Shown: positions 34,898 to 47,669 of the stretch, piece by piece | How positions within the stretch are numbered: position 1 is the first letter of the stretch | How the letters are laid out: the number at the start of each line of letters is the position of its first letter | DNA from: Amoebidium appalachense | Taxonomy: Eukaryota; Protista; Ichthyosporea | Assembly: GCA_963693365.1 (NCBI GenBank) | Contig: CAVNZM010000011.1 | Coordinates: forward strand, 2,957,098 to 3,021,097 | DNA length: 64,000 nt | Direction: 5' to 3' | Made by a program: the position numbers and the translations under genes | Notes under the pieces: model-generated | Told to the model about the DNA's origin: nothing | The model's database searches: none | Seen by the model: the letters and a program-made list of their open reading frames with translations, nothing else

Positions 34898-36254
34898 ATC
34901 CCAAAGCTCACACACACACACGTACACACACACACACACACACACACACAACACATACACACACTCGGTATCTATGAATTTATGTGGATATATGTATATG
35001 TATAGTATACGTATTTATATATGTCCAAACTGCACATGTTGAAAAAAAACGTCACTACTCAGAGCTACACCTGCATTTCATCGTGCAGGTTATCAGCTAA
35101 AGTTGCTTGGTTATTCAATATGCTATGCCCGTTTGTTTTTATATTCACAACAGGTTGTCTCTACTACAGTGGAGATCTAATATACAGTGGAGATCTAATA
35201 AGTAGAAGGTGGCATCGTTTGCATGCCCAAACAACACACACACACACCAGTTTAAACGGTCATGTATCGCCAAATGTAGTTTGATAGACCACATAATACC
35301 GCATCACACACACGTCACATTCACAATAGACACCCAGAAAGATAGCCTACCTGTAAATTACAACATCCTTGATTTTATACTAAACACGCGTAACTGTCGT
35401 ATCCTAATCATTATGTATGTGTACTAGAGACGCGGCACTCTACTAAGTGTACACACACGAAAAGGAACGAACGTGTACAGAAAAACGGTAAAGTTTATTC
35501 AGACCAGGCTCCGACGGGCAAACTTAGATCCGAACGGAATGAGTCTAAGTTACGACTGAGGCCATCAAGGCCGTGCCCTCAAAGATCATCATCACCTGGC
35601 CCCCTACGATGCCACATTCCATTAACATTCCGATCTACTTTTATCGTGCGCCTGCACGAGCTAAGTCGATCTACTCAACTAATATATTTATCCAAGTCTC
35701 ACCCCTCACCCTCCCCCTAGTGGCACCGCAGAGTCTAAATCTACATTTCATACTATCCCCCCCCCCCCTCCCTCCCCCCCTTTCCTCTACATCTACATAT
35801 ATAAATACGTTTGGCAACATATACTATCTAGCCTTGCCAATACTTACAAAAGGGCTTCTGCCCGAACAATCACATTCCTAAGTCCTCCTACGATCTATCC
35901 TACACACTAATTAGAATTCTATTGGACGGCTGTCCCGGCTGACGTGGTCCAATGCCCTGCGCCGGCAGAGGCAAGATGATGCACGCAGCTGCACAGCTAT
36001 CTTGAGGCCCCGGACTTGATCTTGATGATCTGTGACCCGGGCCACCCCCCCCCCCCCCCCCCCCCCCCCGATCTCGATCGTAGACTTAGGCTAATCTGCT
36101 GAGACGGATTAGTATATGTCAACTCCCCCCCCCGGCCCCCGGAAAAGCTGAGTCCCACCTCAGTCACATTACATCTAACACCCCCTAAAAAGACATAGAC
36201 TAATCAGTCTCCTAAAAAAATTAAATTAAATAAATTACGAAGAAAAATAATAAA

Positions 36255-38189
36255 TTAATCTACACCATAAGCTTGATACCTACGGAGACACCTATGATAA
36301 TAAATTAAATTCCTACGACTACGTTCACACTCCTCCTCGGTCTCCCTCCCCCCCTCCCCCTCCCCCCGTGTGTCTACGTGTATTTGCATCACTCCCCCCC
36401 CCCGGCCCCCTCCCCCCACCGACTTTTTCACACCACGATTAAACTGAGGAATAACTCTCTTTGGCCGAGAGGGAGCACTAGGCAACTCCCTCTGCACTAA
36501 TCTAGCCTCATAAGCACGAATAGAAAACGGGCAATCCAAATGAAACTCAGGCAACCACTGATCTTCCTGATAACCTCCCTCAAAACGAATTAAATAATAA
36601 TTTACCTTACCTTCCTTACCTTCGATCACCTTTTTATCCATAATTTTATCTACTGCAGCCTCCGATACATCCACCGACCCGTCATAGTCGGGGGTGAATG
36701 CATCTAACACTCGACGGCCCTCCGGCCGTTTAACCCTAAGGGCCCTATCATAATATTCCTTGATATCATCTACATTATAAAATCTAACATCACTCTCATT
36801 ATCTAACCTCTGCACCTTATATTCCGTCGGACCTAACCTAGCCACTATTTTATACGGGCCAATGAAAAGAGGCAACCATTTCTTACCATACTTACGAAGA
36901 CCTTCACCTTCACCCTTACCTTCCTGCTCCTGCTTATATCTCTTTTTCCTAGTATGATCCCTAATTAAAACTAAAGTACCCTCGGCAAATTCACGTAACG
37001 GACGTGTGGACACGTCTGCACGTGTCTGTACCTGCTGTGTACGGGCCAGAGCTGCATCACGTGCAGCCCGGGCCCGGGTTAGTAGCTGCTCCCGGAACTC
37101 AGTCCAGTGGGGATAAGTTAGTCGGTCAGCCCCCCCCATCGGCAAAAGTGCCGTATCTAACAAACTAATAGCCTCCTGCCCATAGACCAAATAAAACGGA
37201 GAAAAACCAGTCACAGCATGAGGGGTAGAATTATATGAATGAGCAATAAACCTAGACATATGATCCCAATCATTAGCCTCCACATCCACCATTTTGCCAA
37301 AGGACTTCTGAAACACTGCATGCACACGTTCAGAGATGGCATTTGCTTGAGGGTGATATGCAGACGTAGTGATATGAGCTACCCTTAAAATTTTACATAC
37401 CTCCGACACCAACTGATTTAAAAACACACGACTCCTATCCGTTAACAAAACACGAGGACAACCAAACCTAAGACAAATTTCATCCACAAAAATACGAGCA
37501 AACAAAACGGCATTAGCAGTGGGGAGAGGAAAAACTTCAACCCAACGAGTGGCCACATCGGTGACGGTAACAAGAACAGTGTTACCCTCAACCGTAGAAT
37601 TAAAAGGACCGACCACATCCACTGCTACCCTTTCAAACATACGAACATTAAAATCCCTAATAAACGACGGGCGGGAACGAGAGTGGGGACTCTCATTCCT
37701 TTCCTGACAATGCATGCATGACAACACATAATCCCTCACCTCCCTACTCATACCCGGCCAAAAATACGAACGATTAACACGAAGCAACGTCCTATTTACA
37801 CCTAAATGACCAGCCATGGGATGCTCATGCACCATATGCAAAACCTCAGGCACAAGTGCCGTCGGGACCCAAACTCGGTGTCCGTCTGGCCCAGAACAAT
37901 GATAAACTAAATCCTGCTCTACCTGACACATTTTTGCTAACTTAGCTACCTTAATCATCTGCCTTTTATTTTTAAATTTAATCGAATCAACCGGCCCCTT
38001 TAAATAATACTTAACCAGACCAATCAACACATCTTCCTCCTGAGCTAAGATCAAAGCCGTGGGTGCTAAGGCAGGGGCCGAGCCATGAGACTCGGTCCCG
38101 ACCTCAGACACTGACAAATACCTCCCCCCCCCTCTCCTACACTTATAAGCAAGCAACCCCGGAACCCAAGAAGACACATCCACAGACAC
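36255..38189 (-). CDS. Gypsy integrase with HHCC, DDE core and C-terminal chromodomain
   Basis: HEHPMAGHLG..YFWPGM..CMHCQ; RVAVDVVGP, LLTDR, AYHPQANAISER; PLFIGPYKI; chromodomain VDKIMDKK..YYLIRFEGGYQEDQWLPEFHLDCPFSIRAY. Confidence 0.9.
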   Translation of the reverse strand: MSVDVSSWVPGLLAYKCRRGGGRYLSVSEVGTESHGSAPALAPTALILAQEEDVLIGLVKYYLKGPVDSIKFKNKRQMIKVAKLAKMCQVEQDLVYHCSGPDGHRVWVPTALVPEVLHMVHEHPMAGHLGVNRTLLRVNRSYFWPGMSREVRDYVLSCMHCQERNESPHSRSRPSFIRDFNVRMFERVAVDVVGPFNSTVEGNTVLVTVTDVATRWVEVFPLPTANAVLFARIFVDEICLRFGCPRVLLTDRSRVFLNQLVSEVCKILRVAHITTSAYHPQANAISERVHAVFQKSFGKMVDVEANDWDHMSRFIAHSYNSTPHAVTGFSPFYLVYGQEAISLLDTALLPMGGADRLTYPHWTEFREQLLTRARAARDAALARTQQVQTRADVSTRPLREFAEGTLVLIRDHTRKKRYKQEQEGKGEGEGLRKYGKKWLPLFIGPYKIVARLGPTEYKVQRLDNESDVRFYNVDDIKEYYDRALRVKRPEGRRVLDAFTPDYDGSVDVSEAAVDKIMDKKVIEGKEGKVNYYLIRFEGGYQEDQWLPEFHLDCPFSIRAYEARLVQRELPSAPSRPKRVIPQFNRGVKKSVGGGGRGGGVMQIHVDTRGEGEGGRETEEECERSRRNLIYYHRCLRRYQAYGVD

Positions 38190-38194
38190 AGCAT

Positions 38195-38664
38195 CTATTC
38201 CTTTTTGCTCACTCTCCCCCCCTTCCCCCCCTCCCCCCCGTCTCTCACTAGCCCCCCCTCCCCCTCCTTCTCTTCTTCAAACAAAATATAAGCAGCACGA
38301 GAGAGAGCATCACAGTCAACCATTGTTTCACCCTTGGCATAAAACAATTTATAGGAGAACTCACCGAGAGCCGCGGCCCACTTCTGCATCCTCTCGTTGA
38401 CCAGACGAGTGGTGCCGGCCATGGCTAGGCAGGGCTTGTGGTCGGTGTAGACCTCAAACGTCCTGCCTGCGAGTATGTACCTCCATGCCTGTGAGACTGC
38501 CCAAAAGATAGCATGGGACTCTCTCTCTGGATTGCTATATCTACGTTCACTTTTACTAAATGAACGACTAGCATAAGCAATCACTCTATCCTGCCCCTCC
38601 TGCACTTGATATAACACGGCCCCCTCAGCAACCTTACTTGCATCACACCGAACTTTAAACATTC
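38195..38664 (-). CDS. Gypsy RNase H, 3' of the TRIM insertion
   Basis: FKVRCDASKVAEGAVLYQ..VIAYASR..ERRYSNPERE..VYTDHKP..DCDALSR. It joins the RT frame (HPDFSAGG..) after removing 38665-40692 and one TSD copy. Confidence 0.85.
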
Positions 38665-40692
38665 TGTTGGAGTGCAGACTTACGCTCACTCCACAATATG
38701 TGTATGTTAGCTTTACAATTGGTTCCGTGTACACAGACACACGCTGACACTCGATCACCACATGCACATCTGCATAGTTGAGGAATGTTGCCAATTGTGT
38801 TTTGACTGCAAACGATTGGTTCACTGGTCCCAGAGATCTCTAAATGAAAGTAACCAATCCGATTAGCACCTGGCATCCGGATTACATTCCAGACTGCTGC
38901 CCCACGGGTATATAAACCACGGCTCTGCCAGGTGCAGAAATGGAGTTCAGTCATGGAGTTCAGACATGGAGTTCAGTCATGGAGTTAAGTCATGGAGTTC
39001 AGTCATGGAGTTCAGTCATGGAGTTCAGTCATGGAGTTAACACACTGAAAGCAGTAAAAAACGGGTCAGCGCCCAAGCGCGCCACGACGACCCTAGTCAC
39101 AGCGGACTCTACTTCCAACAGGGTTATGGGCCCAGACACGACACCGCGGCCTCTAACTTCACGTCCCCTACGACGCCTTGAACGGAGGAGCCCAGAAACC
39201 GACTTCTAGGCTGTACCCTACACCCGCGAGCGTATTTCCGTGAAGTAGAGACTTTCGCTTCCACAAACTCCATCCGCAGCAGCCTGCGACATCAACGTCA
39301 AGTATTCCACTTCATTGGCGGGGCACGCACCACAGTGGAATGCACACCCCGGTCTACCCTGCAAGCAGCCACACTCACTCTCTCTTCTCTAGTGGTGTGT
39401 ACACTTCTCCAATTGGGTAGGGGTGTTGGAGTGCAGACTTACGCTCACTCCACAATATGTGTATGTTAGCTTTACAATTGGTTCCGTGTACACAGACACA
39501 CGCTGACACTCGATCACCACATGCACATCTGCATAGTTGAGGAATGTTGCCAATTGTGTTTTGACTGCAAACGATTGGTTCACTGGTCCCAGAGATCTCT
39601 AAATGAAAGTAACCAATCCGATTAGCACCTGGCATCCGGATTACATTCCAGACTGCTGCCCCACGGGTATATAAGCCACGGCTCTGCCAGGTGCAGACAT
39701 GGAGTTAAGTCATGGAGTTCAGTCATGGAGTTTAGTCATGGAGTTCAGTCATGGAGTTCAGTCATGGAGTTCAGTCATGGAGTTAAGTCATGGAGTTAAG
39801 TCATGGAGTTCAGTCATGGAGTTAACACACTGAAAGCAGTAAAAAAAACGGGTCAGCGCCCAAGCGCGCCACGACGACCCTAGTCACAGCGGACTCTACT
39901 TCCAACAGGGTTATGGGCCCAGACACGACACCGCGGCCTCTAACTTCACGTCCCCTACGACGCCTTGAACGGAGGAGCCCAGAAACCGACTTCTAGGCTG
40001 TACCCTACACCCGCGAGCGTATTTCCGTGAAGTAGAGACTTTCGCTTCCACAAACTCCATCCGCAGCAGCCTGCGACATCAACGTCAAGTATTCCACTTC
40101 ATTGGCGGGGCACGCACCACAGTGGAATGCACACCCCGGTCTACCCTGCAAGCAGCCACACTCACTCTCTCTTCTCTAGTGGTGTGTACACTTCTCCAAT
40201 TGGGTAGGGGTGTTGGAGTGCAGACTTACGCTCACTCCACAATATGTGTATGTTAGCTTTACAATTGGTTCCGTGTACACAGACACACGCTGACACTCGA
40301 TCACCACATGCACATCTGCATAGTTGAGGAATGTTGCCAATTGTGTTTTGACTGCAAACGATTGGTTCACTGGTCCCAGAGATCTCTAAATGAAAGTAAC
40401 CAATCCGATTAGCACCTGGCATCCGGATTACATTCCAGACTGCTGCCCCACGGGTATATAAGCCACGTCTCTGCCAGGTGCAGTCATGGAGTTCAGTCAT
40501 GGAGTTCAGACATGGAGTTCAGACATGGAGTTCAGTCATGGAGTTCAGTCATGGAGTTCAGTCATGGAGTTAAGTCATGGAGTTAAGTCATGGAGTTCAG
40601 TCATGGAGTTAACACACTGAAAGCAGTAAAAAACGGGTCAGCGCCCAAGCGCGCCACGACGACCCTAGTCACAGCGGACTCTACTTCCAACA
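38665..40692 (+). mobile_element. Tandem TRIM (non-coding LTR element): 3 LTRs and 2 internal segments
   Basis: LTRs 38665-39120, 39424-39907 and 40211-40692 (TGTTGGAG..CCAACA). The two ~303-bp internal segments start with PBS GGTTATGGGCCCAG and end with PPT AATTGGGTAGGGG. 5-bp TSD CATTC at 38660-38664 and 40693-40697. Confidence 0.92.
38939..39040 (+). repeat. 13-bp tandem array (TCATGGAGTT[C/A]AG)n inside the TRIM LTR; also at ~39697-39824 and ~40484-40612
   Basis: 8 units in LTR1 and 10 each in LTR2 and LTR3, immediately downstream of a TATATAA box. Confidence 0.9.
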
Positions 40693-41817
40693 CATTCCCC
40701 CCCCGGCCGAAAAATCAGGATGAACAAGCATACTCGAAGACTGCAAAGCTAACTTAAGCTTTTCGAAAGCAGAAACAGCATCAACATTCCAATCTATTCT
40801 ATTCTTCTTCTCCCCCCCCGTCTGACTAGTTAACGGCAAAGCCAGCATACTATAATCCTTAATATAACGACGAAGATAATTAGTTAAACCTAAAAATTGC
40901 CTTAGTTGAGTGACAGTCTGAGGACGGGGCCACTCAACTATGGCCCGGATTTTCTCCGGATCAGGGGAAAGACCATTACTAGACACAATATGACCTAAAA
41001 ACTTAACCTCCGGCACACCAATCACAGTCTTGCTACCGCTAATACGAAGACCAGACTCACCCAAAGCTAAAAATACTTTTTCACAATTATTAACTAACTC
41101 CTCAAATGACCTACCTTTAATTAAAACATCATCCAAATAAGGGTGGCATACATCCAAATGAGGGTGGAGAATTTTATACATTACCCGGCACAACATAGCT
41201 GGAGAGGAGAGCAAACCCATCGGCACCACCTTGTACTGGAACAGCTGGTCACCCAGTGCAAAGGCAGTCTTCTCCTTGCTGCTCTCCTCCAACCTTATCT
41301 GCCAAAAAGCTGCTTTTAATGTATCAAGTTTAGCAAAGTGAGTATAGCCGTGCAGCTGTGAAAGCTGCTCGTCTATGTTAGGGAGAGGCCATTGGTCTGC
41401 CTTAGTGATCCGATTCAGAGCCCTGTAATCGTTCACTAGGCGCCAAGACCCGTCGGGCTTCTTAACCAATAGCACCGGACTTCTCCACGGACTCGAACTA
41501 TGCTCCACATGACCCTTTTTTAACATATCACTCACTATTATTAGCGCATCCGACAATTTATACTGCTCCATTCTATAGCTAGGCATCACTACCGGCCTAT
41601 TATCACCTGTGTCGATCTGCATTTCAAACCCTTTAACGAAGCCTACTTCGTTATCATCGGCCAGAAATGCAAACCGAGTCCTATCAAATAACTTAGCTAG
41701 CAATTTTTTCTGTTCTACCGTCCAATCCCCCTCCTTCATACCAAACGGCAATACTAACTCCGGGTTACCCCCATCACAAGTGGATGCATCCTTATTCACC
41801 GGAGTGCCACTTAACAT
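40693..41817 (-). CDS. Gypsy reverse transcriptase
   Basis: SSSPWRSPVLLVKKPDGSWRLVNDYRALN, AFWQI, KTAF, VPMGL, YLDDVLI, FLGH, FLGLTNY. Confidence 0.92.
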
Positions 41818-43586
41818 TTCACCTCCTGTATTACATCGGTGCTGCTCGGGGTGAGGTTGAGGTACCTCCGGATATAGGCGGTCACCCTTAGCACCCCCCC
41901 TCCCCCCGGCACACCAATGCCCCCGGGCAATTCCTGATGAGTTAGTGCATGTATGTGGGGGGCCAGGTCTGTGGCCACCCTGCCCCCCACGGTGTTGGTT
42001 AACCCGTCCGATCCACGGGTTAGACCAACACCCTCCCCCCCTGCCAGTGCCTGCACATTCTCACACCCGGGGTGACCCTCCTTCCTCTTGGGGGTCGGGG
42101 GAGTGGGACCGGTGCTGTCCCGGTCCCCCCCCCCATCGTGTCGGGTGACATTTTGGTGGCTAACGTTAAATAAAGTTGTTCCCCCTCCTCCTGAGTCACC
42201 CTTCGAGCCGGCATCCTCCTTTTGGGTAATAAGAGAGACCTCTATACTACCAATCTCATTAGTGAAACTACCGACGGAAACACCTGACCTAATCACTATA
42301 GGCTCGATGCCCGGATTCACTAATTCTATTTCTATTGTCTTATCCGGCCATACCCTACTAAGGGTCCATTGGGCCACCTCCTGAAATGGGGTTTTCGGAG
42401 TGAAAACCCCTAAATCCCCTATCCTAACATGATTGCCGGCCCGGACACGTGCCGTTTGGCACTGATAAGGCTCGATTACTACTTCAGCTACCGTTCTAGC
42501 ACCAGACTGATAACCGTCGAGCCCATCATGGGTTTTAATTTTAACGCCGGACTGCAATTTTAAAACATTCGTACGTTCAAACAAAGCATTCACATGTCTA
42601 CGGAAAAATGGGGCTCCCAACAAAACACTTTGAGCTAAATCCTTAACCACATAACAAGCAACATGCATAGCCTGGCCACCTATCTCACACGGCAACACAC
42701 AAACACCTTCCACAGACATACTACTATTATTAGCACTACCTAAGGCTGTGCTAGAAGCATCTAAAATAGGAATTTCCCCCCCGGCCTGATTAAAACGACG
42801 AATAAACGAAGCATGCACACAATTAACCTGAGCCCCTCCATCGAGCAAAGCAACAGCCTTCAACTTACCATCCGCTAACCATACGTCTATATAATGCCGG
42901 CTAAAACCAACTAAATCCTCCTCCAATTCAAGCAACACATCATCACTCACACCCAATCCCTGCCCACGAAGACTCACACCCTCGATACCTACGTGCAACA
43001 TACCTACCTGTGGTGCCTGCACGGGTGGGGTGGGGTGTGTATGTGGTGTGGGTGGTGGTGGAGTGTGTGTGTGTGATGTGTGGGTGGGTGGTGTGTGTGT
43101 GTTTGGTGTATGTGTGGGTGTGTGTGTGGGTGTAGGTGTGTCTGCAACCGTCGTATGTTGTTGTGGTGGTGTGTTTCTACGTGTCTGTGCCTTCCCCCCC
43201 CTTCCCCCTTTACTCGTGTGTGTCCCCCCCCCTCCCGGAAACAATGGCACAGAAACCCCCTCCGGTGTGGTTAGAATAAACACCGGGTTGGGACAAGAAA
43301 CACTGAGACCATCCACTTGTGGCTGGGGAACCTCCCCCAACCACAAAACATTCACACCATTCATACCTTTGGTAGAGTCACCCCACAAACATTCATGCCA
43401 TACCACCTCGACGCTGTCTTGAGGACCCACGACGATGCCCGGCTCCCACACGTATCGGGGCGGTGAGGGGGCAAAGGGAAGCTTAACCTGGGGTGGGGGA
43501 GGGTGAAGGTTCTCTGCAACCTGGGGGGGACCGATACTGTCCCCCCCCCCTCCCTCAGTGACCCCAGCTTCCCCCTCCCCCGGAAC
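41811..43586 (-). CDS. Gypsy aspartic protease region
   Basis: VALLDGGAQVNCV and SVLLGAPFF motifs. The frame is open from just after the TGA at 43587. Confidence 0.8.
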   Translation of the reverse strand, partial: VPGEGEAGVTEGGGGDSIGPPQVAENLHPPPPQVKLPFAPSPPRYVWEPGIVVGPQDSVEVVWHECLWGDSTKGMNGVNVLWLGEVPQPQVDGLSVSCPNPVFILTTPEGVSVPLFPGGGGTHTSKGGRGGKAQTRRNTPPQQHTTVADTPTPTHTPTHTPNTHTPPTHTSHTHTPPPPTPHTHPTPPVQAPQVGMLHVGIEGVSLRGQGLGVSDDVLLELEEDLVGFSRHYIDVWLADGKLKAVALLDGGAQVNCVHASFIRRFNQAGGEIPILDASSTALGSANNSSMSVEGVCVLPCEIGGQAMHVACYVVKDLAQSVLLGAPFFRRHVNALFERTNVLKLQSGVKIKTHDGLDGYQSGARTVAEVVIEPYQCQTARVRAGNHVRIGDLGVFTPKTPFQEVAQWTLSRVWPDKTIEIELVNPGIEPIVIRSGVSVGSFTNEIGSIEVSLITQKEDAGSKGDSGGGGTTLFNVSHQNVTRHDGGGDRDSTGPTPPTPKRKEGHPGCENVQALAGGEGVGLTRGSDGLTNTVGGRVATDLAPHIHALTHQELPGGIGVPGGGGVLRVTAYIRRYLNLTPSSTDVIQEVKC

Positions 43587-44924
43587 TCAATAGCTCTTGT
43601 AACTACGGCAATATGCAGCAGAGTGCCCTTGCCGGCCACAAAAGTAACATGCACCAAAGAAGGGGCCAGGGGGGACTTCAAAACCTTGGCGCAAAGCATA
43701 ACCGGGAGCCCGGTCATGCTGGGGGGGCCCACCGTGTGCACCACGGCCCCCCCCTTCCCCCCTGCCCCCCTCGGCCTCTCTCACCACCATTTCCACCCCC
43801 TCCCTCTACCCTGCCCAGCACCACGAGCAAGATAAGGGGCAAACCTCTCGGTGAACTGCTACTGTTGTCCTCCACGTCCACCTCGGCCACGACCGCCGTG
43901 TCCACCCCGGTCGCCGCCACGGCCACCCCGGAAGCCGAAGCCCCCTCGGCCCGAGAAGACGGCCTGGGAGAGCTCGGCAACCTGCTTGACCAACATGGTG
44001 AGTGCATCTGGCTGCTCACCCTCTTTTTTTCTCTTTTTCCCCCTTCTGTCCACTCTCCTTCTTTTTCTTGTCTACTTCCATCACTTCCTTTTTATCCCTC
44101 TTATTGAACTTCACCTCGTGCATGGCAAGCAAGTGACGTTTAACATGCAACACCACCTCATCTACATCATCATGCTCCCCAAACATGCGTGCAGTGTCTG
44201 TGTTTACAGAGAGAGCCTTACGAGCAAACTCGAATTTTTCCCTATCACTCACGTCCCCAGCTAACTCACAAAGGTCTTCAAAGACCCGATATTCCCTCTC
44301 AAAGAATGCACGAGCTTCTACGGGGGACATATCTAAAGTGGGAAAGGTATACTTCCATTCTCTGAGCTGGGCCCGGAAGGTACGGCGCCGGTCGGCCGTC
44401 AGGTATCGGCCGACGAGCCGGGCCGTATACTCGAGCTCGTTTTCCGGCCGTGTGAAGGCCTCGAGCTCCCCGTCCACGTCGTCGGTGCTGTTCTCGTCCT
44501 CGTCGTCGGGGATGAATCGTGCGGCCAGACGTTTCTGGCCGAGTGTCCGGGACACCATCTCGTCCCTCCCCTCGTCGTACTGCTGCTCGTATATACGAGC
44601 CGTCACCTGGGGGGCCTGCTCGGCCCGGTACGGGTGCTCCTCCATCAGGGTGCATAAGTCGGCCATTGTTTTGTGGTCGATGCACTGTTTGATCATTAAG
44701 CACGAGGCCGCCACAGTGGGGGCCTTCTTTGTGTCTAACACTAGTGTGGGTGTGTTAGCTAGGAGTGTCCTAAGCCACCTAGGGATTTCCGAGTCGTGTT
44801 TGAGTGTAAAACTGAAAGCTGTGGTCTGTCTAACGTCTAGTGTATGAACCTGTGGTACCTGTGTGTGCAGGGAGCTATCCTCCGCTGCCAAAGCGTAGAA
44901 CATGTCTACGTTAAACTTAGCCAT
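43587..44924 (-). CDS. Gypsy gag (split by frameshifts and a TAG), with RGG repeats and a CCHC knuckle
   Basis: ATG at 44924 follows the 5' LTR leader. Fragments are 44016-44924, 43859-44053 (RGG-rich) and 43587-43796 (CYFCGRQGHSAAYC). Confidence 0.75.
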
Positions 44925-45862
44925 TGTGTGGTGTGTGCCCTAACTCGTGTGGTTGTGTTTATGTTTTTTTTTTTTTTTTTTTTTTTTTTTCTGTGTGTTT
45001 GAGGTGTAGCAACAGCCCAGAAGGAACTGTCACCGCGTGACCCTAGCGCGAAAAACCGCACTAAAAGAAAGGTGTAGCTTGTCGTATCCTAATGTATGTG
45101 TACTAGAGACGCGGCACTCTACTAAGTGTACACACACGAAAAGGAACGAACGTGTACAGAAAAACGGTAAAGTTTATTCAGACCAGGCTCCGACGGGCAA
45201 ACTTAGATCCGAACGGAATGAGTCTAAGTTACGACTGAGGCCATCAAGGCCGTGCCCTCAAAGATCATCATCACCTGGCCCCCTACGATGCCACATTCCA
45301 TTAACATTCCGATCTACTTTTATCGTGCGCCTGCACGAGCTAAGTCGATCTACTCAACTAATATATTTATCCAAGTCTCACCCCTCACCCCTCCCCCTAG
45401 TGGCACCGCAGAGTCTAAATCTACATTTCATACTATCCCCCCCCCCCTCCCTCCCCCCCTTTCCTCTACATCTACATATATAAATACGTTTGGCAACATA
45501 TACTATCTAGCCTTGCCAATACTTACAAAAGGGCTTCTGCCCGAACAATCACATTCCTAAGTCCTCCTACGATCTATCCTACACACTAATTAGAATTCTA
45601 TTGGACGGCTGTCCCGGCTGACGTGGTCCAATGCCCTGCGCCGGCAGAGGCAAGATGATGCACGCAGCTGCACAGCTATCTTGAGGCCCCGGACTTGATC
45701 TTGATGATCTGTGACCCGGGCCACCCCCCCCCCCCCCCCCCCCCCCGATCTCGATCGTAGACTTAGGCTAATCTGCTGAGACGGATTAGTATATGTCAGT
45801 AACTACGACCTGTTTATTAGATGTATTGATTGGCTTGAGAAACACATCACTACAAAATTCTA

Positions 45863-45908
<46 letters not shown>

Positions 45909-45936
45909 CCAGCTGATACCGAGTGTCCCAGGGTAG

Positions 45937-45986
<50 letters not shown>

Positions 45987-46034
45987 AAAAAAAAAAAAAA
46001 AAAACGGGGAACCCCACCTAATTAATTTTTCTTA

Positions 46035-47669
<1,635 letters not shown>

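Larger units (their letters stand above)
35395..45798 (-). mobile_element. Ty3/Gypsy chromovirus-type LTR retrotransposon (disrupted)
   Basis: LTRs 35395-36121 and 45080-45798 (TG..CA, ~720 bp, differing mainly by a 6-bp indel and C-run length). 5-bp TSD GTAAC at 35390-35394 and 45799-45803. G-rich PPT next to 36122. Domain order gag-PR-RT-RH-IN-chromodomain. Confidence 0.95.

Noticed and set aside
38195-38824. 209-aa ORF as an independent gene
   Set aside because: It is a chimera of antisense TRIM LTR sequence and the Gypsy RNase H.
38939-40612. 13-bp arrays as CRISPR or telomeric repeats
   Set aside because: They are head-to-tail with no spacers and are confined within TRIM LTRs.
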